A stretch of 64,000 nt of DNA from Candidatus Woesearchaeota archaeon (GCA_964362915.1 CAYIGH010000003.1:1756-65755), one strand, 5' to 3'. Counted from the first letter of the stretch, positions 9,698 to 19,380 are shown. Numbers and translations are program-made. Notes: generated by a model not told the origin, from the sequence alone.

Positions 9698-10306
9698 ATG
9701 GCACTAACACAAGACCAAATTAAAGAACTTAAATCCCAATTAAAGGAGCAAATCAAGCATCTCCCGCCAGATAAAAAGAAACAGGCAGAAGAACAAGTAG
9801 AATCTCTTTCTCAAGAATCACTAGAACATATGCTCCAGGAACAATCTTCTAAACAAAAAACAATCTTCAGAATGATAGTGGACAAAGAAGTAGAATCAGT
9901 TTCAATAGCTGAAAACTCTGAAGCAATTGCGGTGCTGGAAATTAATCCTATATCAAAAGGCCACACAATAATAATCCCTAAATCCCCTATCAAAGAAGAA
10001 AAATCTATCTCAAAACAAATTCATGAATTATCAGAGCAAATATCAAAAAAACTTATTAGTTCGTTAAATGCAAAATCAACCTCTGTTGTTCCAGAAAAAA
10101 AATTTGGAGAAATCATTTTAAACATCATACCTATTTACAACAAATCTCTGAATCTCGATTCTCCGAGAAAAAAATCATCAGTAGAAGAACTGGAAAAATT
10201 AAAAACCTCAATTAATGTTGAAAAAATAGAGAAAAAGCCAGAGGTGATTAAAAAAGAAGAAAAGAAAGAAGCGGAAGTTTTAAAATTAAAAAGAAAAATA
10301 CCGTAA
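9698..10306 (+). CDS. HIT-like domain protein with degenerate histidine triad
   Basis: The first HIT half-motif is present (AENSEAIAVLEINPISKGHTIIIPK). The HxHxH position reads GEIILNIIPIY with no His. Coiled-coil N-terminus and K/E-rich C-terminus. Confidence 0.45.
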   Translation: MALTQDQIKELKSQLKEQIKHLPPDKKKQAEEQVESLSQESLEHMLQEQSSKQKTIFRMIVDKEVESVSIAENSEAIAVLEINPISKGHTIIIPKSPIKEEKSISKQIHELSEQISKKLISSLNAKSTSVVPEKKFGEIILNIIPIYNKSLNLDSPRKKSSVEELEKLKTSINVEKIEKKPEVIKKEEKKEAEVLKLKRKIP

Positions 10307-11081
10307 TCAACGCAAACAAAAATGCTGGCGTAAAAGGAATCCCTTCTTTAACATAAATCTCTCTATCAAACTTCTTTAATAATTTAATATCCTCCATATT
10401 CAAACCATGAACACTCTTTTTAATAACATTCTTGCCAATTCTAATATCTTTTACTAGCCAGTCTCCTTCACCAAGTTTATCTGCAGAAACTTTAATAATC
10501 ATGCATTTATCCAGGGCCTTAATATAAAAATATAAAAAAGAGACGAAAAATAAGGAAAAGAATAATAAAATACTATTAAAAAAACCAAAAAACATTAACA
10601 AAATAAATGCTCCTAAAGAAATAAATAATATCCAATAATCTCTCCTTATTCTTTTCCTTAATTCAGCAATAAATCTGTCTTTTCTTCTAATAACAATAAA
10701 GATACTATAAATTAAACTATAAACAGACCCTAATAAAAACAAGAAAAAAATAAAAATTATCCCAAAATTAATAAACTCTTTAAAATCGCTATAAGGTAAA
10801 ATAATGCCAAACCCCATCAATAGCTTAGCATCCCCTCCCGCAAAAACCCTTGAATAATAAAATGCATAGGCCAAAACAAAAAATACACCAAATCCTAAAA
10901 CTCCGAAAACAAAAAAGGAGATATTATCAGAAAATAAAGCATAAAAAGCCCGATATGCAAGAGCAAACCCTATCAAAGAAAAATTAAGCCAATTCGGCAC
11001 TTCTCTCTTTCTCATATCACAAACAATAGCAAATGCTGTCCACAAAAAAGCTAATCCAAAAAGAAAATAATACTCCTCCAT
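10248..11081 (-). CDS. pibD: type IV prepilin/preflagellin peptidase (A24 family, PibD/FlaK-like)
   Basis: Both catalytic Asp motifs are present (CDMRKREVPN and FAGGDAKLL), with multiple TM helices. Confidence 0.8.
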   Translation of the reverse strand: MEEYYFLFGLAFLWTAFAIVCDMRKREVPNWLNFSLIGFALAYRAFYALFSDNISFFVFGVLGFGVFFVLAYAFYYSRVFAGGDAKLLMGFGIILPYSDFKEFINFGIIFIFFLFLLGSVYSLIYSIFIVIRRKDRFIAELRKRIRRDYWILFISLGAFILLMFFGFFNSILLFFSLFFVSFLYFYIKALDKCMIIKVSADKLGEGDWLVKDIRIGKNVIKKSVHGLNMEDIKLLKKFDREIYVKEGIPFTPAFLFALITVFFFLILKLPLLSFLLF

Positions 11082-11106
11082 TTAAATAAAAAATCAAATG
11101 CCTTTA

Positions 11107-11235
11107 TTAACCTTCTCTATTAAATTTTACTAATACTCCTTCTCTATGCTTTCCGCCCTTCTTATAAACCCTGAATCTTCTCTTGGCTTTCTTATCTCCC
11201 TTAGTTTTCCTAAAACTTGGTATTGTATAATCCAT
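11107..11235 (-). CDS. very small basic protein (42 aa)
   Basis: MDYTIPSFRKTKGDKKAKRRFRVYKKGGKHREGVLVKFNREG. Lies between the major pilin gene and the peptidase gene. Below the track cutoff. Confidence 0.25.
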   Translation of the reverse strand: MDYTIPSFRKTKGDKKAKRRFRVYKKGGKHREGVLVKFNREG

Positions 11236-11275
11236 GATTAAATTAAAAAAATAAACTTTAAATTCTTATCTAAAA

Positions 11276-11614
11276 CTAAGGTGTGCAAGTGCTACACCCA
11301 TACTTTGTTGAAGCTGTCTTTAAATCATTATCATCCTTGGTAACTGAGCTATAGCCACAATTAACCTTTTCAACTTTGCCTTCTATCTTTACATTTTTAC
11401 ACTCGCAAAAGCTTGTCTTTGAATCAGAAGCTACAGCCACTTTACAAGAAGCAACCATTGCACTCAAGTCACTCCCAGAAGTTATGCCTATCTTGCTGAA
11501 TAAATTCTCCCATCCTATAGAAAAGCCTAATACTAACAAAACCAAAACTATAATTCCCAATACAATTAATATTAAAGTCCCAATAGATAACTCCTGTCCT
11601 CTTTTATTATTCAT
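11276..11614 (-). CDS. type IV pilin-like protein (likely major pilin), class III signal peptide
   Basis: MNNKRGQELSIGTLILIVLGIIVLVLL matches the class-III signal (KRGQ followed by a hydrophobic stretch). Short (112 aa). Has its own TATA-like element upstream. Confidence 0.7.
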   Translation of the reverse strand: MNNKRGQELSIGTLILIVLGIIVLVLLVLGFSIGWENLFSKIGITSGSDLSAMVASCKVAVASDSKTSFCECKNVKIEGKVEKVNCGYSSVTKDDNDLKTASTKYGCSTCTP

Positions 11615-11637
11615 ATATAAAATAAAACAAATTTACT

Positions 11638-11644
11638 TATAAAC
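11638..11644 (-). promoter_or_regulatory. TATA-like box (TTTATAA) about 25-30 nt upstream of the pilin ATG
   Basis: The minus-strand sequence is ...aaaggTTTATAAgtaaatttgttttattttatatATG. The spacing fits an archaeal leaderless promoter. Confidence 0.3.
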
Positions 11645-11676
11645 CTTTCTAAATCAATATTTTTCAATCCTATATT

Positions 11677-11716
11677 CGAGAGAACAAAAAGTTTGGTCAA
11701 TTATTTTGTTCTCTCG
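11677..11716. terminator. 13-bp perfect inverted repeat hairpin spanning the stop codon of the upstream pilin gene
   Basis: cgagagaacaaaa (11677-11689) pairs with ttttgttctctcg (11704-11716). The right arm encodes the last codons (AREQNN) of ORF 11697..12197. Confidence 0.35.
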
Positions 11717-12197
11717 CTATAATAACATCCCCGCTGTAATCAAATTCTATTCTAAAGTTAACATTCCTCTTGATATAATCTGCTCCGGCAGAAGCCTCTA
11801 AATTCAAATTCATCATTTCAAAAGTATATTTATCTGCATCTCTGGAAAAACTAAACTCTCTCCTCAAGATCTTTCCGAAATAATTCTCCATGCCCTTGAT
11901 TTCAGAATTTCTCTTGCTTGCCAACTCTCTGAACTTTTCTCTCAATCCCTCATCACTTCTTATTGCCCCTGCTTCTGAAATAATCTCTCTTGCAATAATT
12001 CCTGTTTCAGCAATAATATAATCCTCATAAAAAGCAATATCGCTCAATATTCTGGCTCTTCCCTCTGATCCCTTCTCAAAATTATCGTTAAAACTGACAA
12101 AGCTAAACAACGTCGCCCCATATAAAACCAAAGCTGCTACGATTAACAATAAAGTGGGTAAATCTCCTCTCCTGTTCATTGCCTCTCCTCCAAACAT
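11697..12197 (-). CDS. pilin-like protein (class III signal peptide)
   Basis: N-terminus MNRRGDLPTLLLIVAALVLYG. The internal Met at 12179 forms an ATGA overlap with the upstream stop. Confidence 0.55.
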   Translation of the reverse strand: MFGGEAMNRRGDLPTLLLIVAALVLYGATLFSFVSFNDNFEKGSEGRARILSDIAFYEDYIIAETGIIAREIISEAGAIRSDEGLREKFRELASKRNSEIKGMENYFGKILRREFSFSRDADKYTFEMMNLNLEASAGADYIKRNVNFRIEFDYSGDVIIAREQNN

Positions 12198-12745
12198 TTA
12201 CCGTAATAATACTGTATATATACTATTTTCCCTGTCTCCTTCAAATTCGAAAAAGAAATTTCTCTTAATAGCCCTTCTTTTTCATATTCTCCTAATGCTA
12301 ATGGCTTGTCTCCTGTACTTCTCTTAAACACATTTCCATCTTTAAATCCAATAAAAAAATCATTCAAAGAAGCTCCCCCAAGCAATCCAGCAGGCCCTTT
12401 CTCTAATCCCTGCGCAATTGCAAGACAATGGCTTTCTTTAGCGTCCCTATCAACAATCTCTTCTAAACCATCTTCCACTGAAATAATATCAATCTCTTCA
12501 TTCCAATATTTAACTAAAGCATCAAAAACAAGCATTTTATTATTCTTATTATTAATCTCAATATTAATATCCCTAACTAAAACACTATCAACCCACACTC
12601 CCTCAATTAAAGCCGGCACAATAGGCTTCTTAATAACAACTGCAAAAGCAGTCAAAATCAAAAATATTCCAGTTATAAAAACTATCAGTAAAAAAACAGG
12701 TAAAGTTGATAAGATTTTTCCTATTATCAGGCCTTTCTTATTCAT
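12176..12745 (-). CDS. pilin-like protein (class III signal peptide-like N-terminus)
   Basis: MNKKGLIIGKILSTLPVFLLIVFITG. Confidence 0.5.
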   Translation of the reverse strand: MNKKGLIIGKILSTLPVFLLIVFITGIFLILTAFAVVIKKPIVPALIEGVWVDSVLVRDINIEINNKNNKMLVFDALVKYWNEEIDIISVEDGLEEIVDRDAKESHCLAIAQGLEKGPAGLLGGASLNDFFIGFKDGNVFKRSTGDKPLALGEYEKEGLLREISFSNLKETGKIVYIQYYYGKCLEERQ

Positions 12746-13296
12746 TCTATGCTCCTCCTAGAAACCTGGTTGCTTCCTGTAATAATTATAAATTTTTTCC
12801 TGTCCTTATTAATCTCTCCAAAAGAACATTTAGGAAAAGCATCATCTTCAGCGCTTTTAATTTTGCAAATATTAAAATTACTTCCTAAAACAAGAAAGGG
12901 CTCATCAGATGTCGTACAATCATCTCCAAAACCATCACAAATCTTTACAATATTATTCTTCTCTAAAATCTCTTTATTTAAACTGCATGTCTCAAAAAAT
13001 TTCTCGCTCTTGAAAAATTCATCATTTATATCATTTTCCAAGATACATTGCCTGACTTTATAATTCAATAAATCTGCCTCAACCTGTCTATAATCATATC
13101 CCTTGCTATAAAAAATAGAAATCCCTAAAGCAATGCTTCCCCCAATAATCAAAATCAAAAATAGAAAATATATAATACTCAATTGTTCCCCAACAGCCCC
13201 CCTCTTATTCAAAATATTTCTTCTCATCTTAAACAGCTCCTCTCCTCTTATCAGCAAGATTAAAGCATAGCATATTAACAATTTCTCCTTTATCAT
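12742..13296 (-). CDS. pilin-like protein (class III signal peptide)
   Basis: Likely true start at MRRNILNKRGAVGEQLSIIYFLFLILIIG (Met codon at 13225-13227, directly after the upstream stop). Confidence 0.55.
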   Translation of the reverse strand: MIKEKLLICYALILLIRGEELFKMRRNILNKRGAVGEQLSIIYFLFLILIIGGSIALGISIFYSKGYDYRQVEADLLNYKVRQCILENDINDEFFKSEKFFETCSLNKEILEKNNIVKICDGFGDDCTTSDEPFLVLGSNFNICKIKSAEDDAFPKCSFGEINKDRKKFIIITGSNQVSRRSIE

Positions 13297-13681
13297 TTAC
13301 GCCTCCAGCTAATTTCAAATCCAAATTAACAATATCAACATCATTAAAATAATTAAAACATCTCTTAATGCCTCTGCTTAATTTTACACAAATCTCATTT
13401 TTTGCATTGTCAACTCCAAAAATCTCGCTGAAACTCACAACTTCATTTTCTTTAGCTATTTCACTCGCTTTATGCACATCTAAACATATATTATCCCCTG
13501 ATTTAGAAAAATCTATTACTTTAACAATCTCTTTAGTATAGTAATCTGCCCATAAATCTGCTCCCTCCCTCTGTCCATTAACCACAAATAACATACCTAC
13601 AATAAATACAATTAATAAAATCAAATAAACAAGATAACTCTTCAGTAAATCCTCAACCGCCCCTCTTTTATTTATGTTCAT
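13229..13681 (-). CDS. pilin-like protein (class III signal peptide)
   Basis: MNINKRGAVEDLLKSYLVYLILLIVFIVG. The N-terminus is paralogous to the downstream gene. Confidence 0.6.
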   Translation of the reverse strand: MNINKRGAVEDLLKSYLVYLILLIVFIVGMLFVVNGQREGADLWADYYTKEIVKVIDFSKSGDNICLDVHKASEIAKENEVVSFSEIFGVDNAKNEICVKLSRGIKRCFNYFNDVDIVNLDLKLAGGVNDKGEIVNMLCFNLADKRRGAV

Positions 13682-14361
13682 TTTTCACAAGCCGCTTCAA
13701 AACCAAGGTTGCTAAAATCAATATCCTTTATTCTAAAAATTGCAAGTTTTCTATCTTCCTTATAAACAAGAAACTTAAAAATATTATTTCCTGAAAAATA
13801 AGCGCACTCTGACAATAAATTAAAATTATAGCTCTTGTCAGACCATTGTCCGATTCCATAACTATCAAAATTATTTAAGTCTTTTATAACTTCTTCTTCT
13901 TTAAATTTCATCACGCCATCTTTTGCCTTATTAAAATCATATAATTTAACTTCCTCAAATTCCAACTCCTTGCAAATCCCTCCATCCTGACAAACTTTTC
14001 TGGCATCTCTTTTATTTCCCTTGCAGATGCAAATACAGCTATTAAAAAAACATTTATCCGTCCTGCCTGCCTCATTCTTACTCCATCCAACTAAAAACCA
14101 TTTTTCTAATCCCTCAATATTAAAACCCCCTACTTCTCTGTCATTAATCCTCTCTGTTCTTTTAACTATATTGTCAACAAGTTCTTCAGCACTTTCTCTC
14201 TCCTGATTCACTGCAATATCCCAAACTTTCCAAACAGCAAAAATTAATATTCCTGCTCCAATAACAAATAAAATAATTCCTAATGTTTCTTTCAATAAAT
14301 CTCCCTCTTCCGCTTTTCTATTCAAATAGCTCATGCCCTTCCCAAAATTCCCCCTTTGCAA
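13678..14361 (-). CDS. pilin-like protein
   Basis: Likely start at MSYLNRKAEEGDLLKETLGIILFVIGAGILIF (ATGA overlap at 14331-14334). Cys-rich extracellular domain. Confidence 0.5.
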   Translation of the reverse strand: MQRGNFGKGMSYLNRKAEEGDLLKETLGIILFVIGAGILIFAVWKVWDIAVNQERESAEELVDNIVKRTERINDREVGGFNIEGLEKWFLVGWSKNEAGRTDKCFFNSCICICKGNKRDARKVCQDGGICKELEFEEVKLYDFNKAKDGVMKFKEEEVIKDLNNFDSYGIGQWSDKSYNFNLLSECAYFSGNNIFKFLVYKEDRKLAIFRIKDIDFSNLGFEAACEK

Positions 14362-15401
14362 AGTTCATTAATCTTAGAACTATCGCTATAATCAACAGCA
14401 GTTACAACAGAGCATCCTTTCCTGTTTTTCTCACTGCTTGTAAACTCTCCGCAATAAGCAGCAGATATTGTCTGGTCATTGCTTGCTTTATAATAGGCAT
14501 AGGCAGCAATTCCTGAAGCAGCAGCAAGTTCTGCAATTTGAGCAACAAAAAATACTTTCCCTGCAACTGTAGAAAAGCCGCTTATAATCTTTCCAACTGG
14601 GCTTAGCGCACGATCTCCCACTAAAATAAATCCTCCGCCAACTAAAGCTACATCAATTGCCTTTTCAAAAGGATCTTCTTTTGTATTCATCTGTGCAAAT
14701 AAAACAGCAATTTCATTAGTTGCCTTTCCTTCATTCTTAGTCAGCTCATCCTTAAAAGCCCCATAAGATCTAATAGAATTATCTGTAAATAAGCTCAAAT
14801 AACTTTCTTTAGATTGAGGAGCAGTTTCTTCAGACAAGTATCTATTAACATCAACCTTGCTTATAACTTCCTCAAAATACTGATTTCTTTCCCCTGCTTT
14901 TTTATCTTTAAATTCAAAATCCTTATCTAAGGCGATCCTTGAGCATATAACACATGAAGCTGCCGCATCATCAGAAAAAATACTCTGTTGATTTCCCAAT
15001 AAATCTAATTTTCCTTCTCCCATCATTTTCCAGCAGGAAAGCATAGAATCTGCAACTGTCTTCTCAATTGTTCTTGCAGCTTCTTCAGAATTCTTTCCAA
15101 CTCTAATTCTATCATCATCTCCTAAAAACTGTTCCTCGCATTCTCCAAACAATTTATCAGTTATACAAACTTTTCTTGTCGTACATTTTAAAGGCACGTT
15201 AACAACATTCTTAGCAATATCAGGTGTAGTCGCCCTTGTCAAAACACTTAATCTGCAGGTTTCATCTAGGCCAAACCCCTTTATATCAACCCCTAATATA
15301 AAATATAAAAGAATAGCAAAACTAATTATTGCTACTATAATCGCAAATAAAAAAGATGCTACAAAACTCAACCCTCTTTTTTCCATATAAATATCAATCA
15401 A
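14331..15401 (-). CDS. large pilin-like / minor pilin or tip protein (class III signal peptide)
   Basis: MEKRGLSFVASFLFAIIVAIISFAILLYFIL, followed by a 320-aa extracellular domain. Confidence 0.55.
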   Translation of the reverse strand: MIDIYMEKRGLSFVASFLFAIIVAIISFAILLYFILGVDIKGFGLDETCRLSVLTRATTPDIAKNVVNVPLKCTTRKVCITDKLFGECEEQFLGDDDRIRVGKNSEEAARTIEKTVADSMLSCWKMMGEGKLDLLGNQQSIFSDDAAASCVICSRIALDKDFEFKDKKAGERNQYFEEVISKVDVNRYLSEETAPQSKESYLSLFTDNSIRSYGAFKDELTKNEGKATNEIAVLFAQMNTKEDPFEKAIDVALVGGGFILVGDRALSPVGKIISGFSTVAGKVFFVAQIAELAAASGIAAYAYYKASNDQTISAAYCGEFTSSEKNRKGCSVVTAVDYSDSSKINELCKGGILGRA

Positions 15402-15540
15402 ACTATATTTATAACAGTTGTGCCGCTATTAAACAAATAAATTCCTAATAAAAAAAATAACTATTACTAAAGCCAAAATAAAAAAAATAATCCATAAAAG
15501 CCAATTCAACAAACTGCTTCCAATACCTTTTCTAAACATT

Positions 15541-16527
15541 TTAGCACAAATCTCCCTCCCCAACCTCCTTATTCAATCTAACAATTAAATATCTATTATC
15601 AAAAAACTCAGCACAAACATATAAAGGCTGCAACGGAATAGCCATACTAATAGCAACTGGTTTCTTCAAAACACTTTCTTTCCATTTCAGCGCCTCTTCT
15701 CTAAAAAATAACTCATATATCCCATACTCCTCTGCCCTAAAACTAGTTCCATCTTCTTTATACAACTCGCCATTATATCCAACATAAAAAATTTCCCCAT
15801 GATAAGGCAAATCAATAAAACTAACTCCATAAGAATATTGCAAATTATCCCCTCCCCTTAAAATCAGAAGTCCTGCTGTTCTGCTCAATTCTCTAAGTTT
15901 TTTAATATCCTCGCAATTCCTCCCTCCTATGTCTCTATCTCCAACTTTACAAAGACTTGCTTCAATAGAATAACTATTTCTCCAATTAAACCTATTAAAT
16001 GACCATTCCCATCCAAAAGCAGGACTATCTGCTGTAATGTATCTAAAATATATTTCTGGCTCGTTAGGCCTCTTAATTAAAATAACGGAAAGCTCTCCAT
16101 TCTCTATCATTTTCTTAATCTCTTCTTTCTGACGCAATTTAATTTCAATACCATAATTGCGCCCCTCATTCCAAACTAGTTTAATCTCCCCATCATAAAT
16201 AACTAAAGAAATTTCATCTTTAACATAATCATCAAAACTAGCTTTGATATTATCATAATTTAGATTTCCTTCTCTTAATTTAATATCTTTCCCTGAAAAA
16301 TCCAAAAAATTATTTCCATCATAATATTCTACCTTTCCGTTATCAAGATCATACCTCAAAATATTAAATCCTTTTGTCGTCTCATTATCCTGTTTAAAAC
16401 TAAATTTAAAAAGCTCTATCTTTCCAGCAAGCCAGGGAAAAACACTTGTGAAAACAATAACTAGTAAAACTGCAACTATTACAATAACTATAATCGCACT
16501 AACACTTATATTGCCTTTTCTTTCCAT
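15541..16527 (-). CDS. large pilin-like protein (class III signal peptide)
   Basis: MERKGNISVSAIIVIVIVAVLLVIVF. Confidence 0.55.
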   Translation of the reverse strand: MERKGNISVSAIIVIVIVAVLLVIVFTSVFPWLAGKIELFKFSFKQDNETTKGFNILRYDLDNGKVEYYDGNNFLDFSGKDIKLREGNLNYDNIKASFDDYVKDEISLVIYDGEIKLVWNEGRNYGIEIKLRQKEEIKKMIENGELSVILIKRPNEPEIYFRYITADSPAFGWEWSFNRFNWRNSYSIEASLCKVGDRDIGGRNCEDIKKLRELSRTAGLLILRGGDNLQYSYGVSFIDLPYHGEIFYVGYNGELYKEDGTSFRAEEYGIYELFFREEALKWKESVLKKPVAISMAIPLQPLYVCAEFFDNRYLIVRLNKEVGEGDLC

Positions 16528-16689
16528 CTATCCTCCGAATCTAAAAAGCTCCTTTAAGTATCTCAAAGCATTTCCTATTGTATCTCCGGCAATTCCGCTA
16601 AAAACCAAATACAAAACCAATAATGCTAATAAAACAATAATAGGCACTAAAACAATCCATGGCAATTCTATCCCTCTTTTATTGAACAT
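16528..16689 (-). CDS. small pilin-like protein (53 aa, class III signal peptide)
   Basis: MFNKRGIELPWIVLVPIIVLLALLVLYLVF. Its stop directly abuts the next start. Not in track (<60 aa). Confidence 0.5.
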   Translation of the reverse strand: MFNKRGIELPWIVLVPIIVLLALLVLYLVFSGIAGDTIGNALRYLKELFRFGG

Positions 16690-16817
16690 ATTTCTAGTAA
16701 AACCCTTATATTATTAAACCTTATTCTAATGGTATCGCTCATCATAAACATAAAAACCGCACAATTTATAACATTCCTATTTCTTAATATTACAGCTAAA
16801 TAGCCAAAAAGAGGAAG

Positions 16818-18989
16818 ATGCCAACAACAAAACAAATCCTGGAAAAGTATTCCAGAAAATTGGAATCAGAAATCTATGATGCAGAAAAACCGTATCCAGA
16901 ACAATTTTCAGAAGAATACGCAAAATTCAGGCAGGAAATGATTCCAGAACTCTCAAAATATGAACGCTGGGCTAAATCTTTAGGAAATATAATCAAGATA
17001 AGAATTGCTGAAAAAGACAGGCAAAAAATACAAAACTATCTTGATAATGCTCGTTTAGGTGTCACTGCCTCAGAAGCAATAACCCTGGCATTAATCTCAA
17101 TGCTGGGTATTTTTTTCCTGGCAATATTGACAACAGTCTCTATCTATCTGATCTTTCCCCCGTCCAATCTTAATAATTTAGTCCTCCTATCTTTCTTAGG
17201 CATAATCACAAGTTTCTTTGTTTTTTACTATGTCTATTCCATGCCAAAACGTCTCTCTAATATCTATCGCTTGCAATCCTCATCTCAAATGGTGCCTGCA
17301 ATCCTCTATATTGTAGTTTATATGAAGCACACCTCAAATTTAGAAAGAGCGATTCATTTTGCCTCAGAACATTTAGAAGGCACTCTGGCTTTAGACTTCA
17401 AAAAGATTTTCTATGATGTTGAAATAGGAAAATCCTCTACAATAAAACAATCCCTTGATGTATACTTAGAAACATGGCGCGATTATGCCCCAGAATTTAT
17501 AGAATCCTTTCATTTGATAGAATCTTCTCTTTTTGAGCCATCAGAATCAAGAAGAATACAAATTTTAGAAAAAAGCCTTCAAATAATCTTAGATGGAGTT
17601 TATGAAAAAATGCTGAAATATTCAAGAGAAATTCGCTCACCATTAACAAACGTCTATATGCTTGGAATAATCCTGCCAACACTCGGGCTTGCCCTTCTTC
17701 CCCTGGCATCAACTCTCTTAGGAGGAATATTAAAATGGTATCATATAGCAGTTCTCTTCAATATAATAATTCCATTTCTGGTATTCTACCTTGTTTCAGA
17801 AGTTCTACTAAAACGTCCAGGTGGTTATGGCGAATCTGAGATTCTTGAATTAAACCCAAACTATCAAGAATTCAAATCAAAAAAACCGTGGTTCAAAGCA
17901 GCCCTAATTTCTCTGCCTCTATTTATTATTGGAATCGCCCCCTTCCTCCTCCAAATAAAAGAAATCAGTGCATTATTAGGCATAAAATCAGATTATACAT
18001 TCGCTGAATTAGGTATAACATTCCTAGCCAATACAAAAATCTTTGATTTTAAAACAATAGAAAACACAATAACAGGTCCATTTGGCCCTGTAGCACTAAT
18101 CCTGAGCTTATTTATACCTTTATCAATAGGTTTATTCTTCTCAATATCCTATAAACAAAAAACAAGCTCTATAATTCAAGCAAGAGAAGATACAAAAATC
18201 CTGGAAGAAGAATTCACAAATTCAATATTCCAATTAGGCAATCGCCTAGGAGATGGTGTTCCAGCTGAAATTGCATTTGCGCATGTTGCAGAATTAACTA
18301 AAACAGAAAAAACCCACGACTTTTTTGCATTAGTAAATCAAAATATCCAACAGGCAGGTATGTCCTTAGAATCTGCTATTTTCAACAAAAAAAGAGGAGC
18401 AATAATTTTCTTCCCCTCTCCTTTAATAGCAACTTCAATGAAGATTCTTGTTGAGTCTGTAAAAAAAGGCCTTCAAGTGGCAGCACGTTCTTTAATGGCA
18501 ATTTCAGAATATGTAAAAAATATCAACAAAATAAATCAGCGCCTTAAGGATCTCCTCGCAGAAATAATAACTGACATGAAATCAAATATGACGTTTTTGG
18601 CTCCATTATTAGCAGGCATAGTAGTCGGGCTGGCTGCGATGATAACCTCAATTCTAAACAAATTGCAGGCTTTCCAAGCAGAAATAAGTTCAGGAAGCGG
18701 CGCAGCAGGCGTCACAAATCTAGCTAATATAGCAAACCTGTTCCAAGTAGATAAAATGATTCCTCCATATTTCATACAGGCCTCTATCGGAATTTATATA
18801 ATACAGATAGTTTTCATCCTGACATCTGCTTTAATAACTGTTGAAGCAGGCCGCGATATCCTAAAAGAAAAATACGAGCTCTCCCATAATTTGTCAAAAA
18901 GCCTAACTCTTTATCTAATCACTGCCCTATTATCAATTCTGGCTTTGACTCTCCTTGCCTCAATAGCACTAGGTAACTTATCTGGCTAA
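16818..18989 (+). CDS. polytopic membrane protein, candidate pilus assembly platform (TadC/FlaJ/PilC-like)
   Basis: 723 aa with alternating cytoplasmic helical domains and TM bundles. Divergent from the pilin operon and in the same neighbourhood as the FlaI-like ATPase. Assignment is by context and topology only. Confidence 0.45.
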   Translation: MPTTKQILEKYSRKLESEIYDAEKPYPEQFSEEYAKFRQEMIPELSKYERWAKSLGNIIKIRIAEKDRQKIQNYLDNARLGVTASEAITLALISMLGIFFLAILTTVSIYLIFPPSNLNNLVLLSFLGIITSFFVFYYVYSMPKRLSNIYRLQSSSQMVPAILYIVVYMKHTSNLERAIHFASEHLEGTLALDFKKIFYDVEIGKSSTIKQSLDVYLETWRDYAPEFIESFHLIESSLFEPSESRRIQILEKSLQIILDGVYEKMLKYSREIRSPLTNVYMLGIILPTLGLALLPLASTLLGGILKWYHIAVLFNIIIPFLVFYLVSEVLLKRPGGYGESEILELNPNYQEFKSKKPWFKAALISLPLFIIGIAPFLLQIKEISALLGIKSDYTFAELGITFLANTKIFDFKTIENTITGPFGPVALILSLFIPLSIGLFFSISYKQKTSSIIQAREDTKILEEEFTNSIFQLGNRLGDGVPAEIAFAHVAELTKTEKTHDFFALVNQNIQQAGMSLESAIFNKKRGAIIFFPSPLIATSMKILVESVKKGLQVAARSLMAISEYVKNINKINQRLKDLLAEIITDMKSNMTFLAPLLAGIVVGLAAMITSILNKLQAFQAEISSGSGAAGVTNLANIANLFQVDKMIPPYFIQASIGIYIIQIVFILTSALITVEAGRDILKEKYELSHNLSKSLTLYLITALLSILALTLLASIALGNLSG

Positions 18990-18993
18990 AAAA

Positions 18994-19257
18994 TTAAGTA
19001 GTTAGAGCTCTTATTATGATATATCCCAAAATAATTATCGCTGCAATTTTAATTAAATCAGGCCAATTAGTTGTCTGTCCTCTTTTTTTCATTTTAAGAT
19101 ATTCAAAATATGCTTCTATTTTAGATAATCTCTCCGATGTATTTAAGTCTTTTTCTAATCTTTGAATATTAGATCTAACTAAATTTATATCTTCTTTATT
19201 CTGTTTAATTTCATTAATAGAGCTGATAATAAAAATTAAAACAATTGTTGCAATCAA
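18994..19257 (-). CDS. hypothetical small protein
   Basis: 87 aa with an N-terminal TM and a coiled coil. The C-terminal 32 aa read MKKRGQTTNWPDLIKIAAIIILGYIII, which resembles a class III signal. Confidence 0.3.
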   Translation of the reverse strand: MIATIVLIFIISSINEIKQNKEDINLVRSNIQRLEKDLNTSERLSKIEAYFEYLKMKKRGQTTNWPDLIKIAAIIILGYIIIRALTT

Positions 19258-19380
19258 AACAATCCAAGAGACTATTTCATTTTCCTTTTCAAGATTAATT
19301 AAATTAAATTAGAAATAGCCAATATATCAATAGAAAGAATAATAGTCATCAAAATTCCTATTGAAGTTTGTCTATTCATC

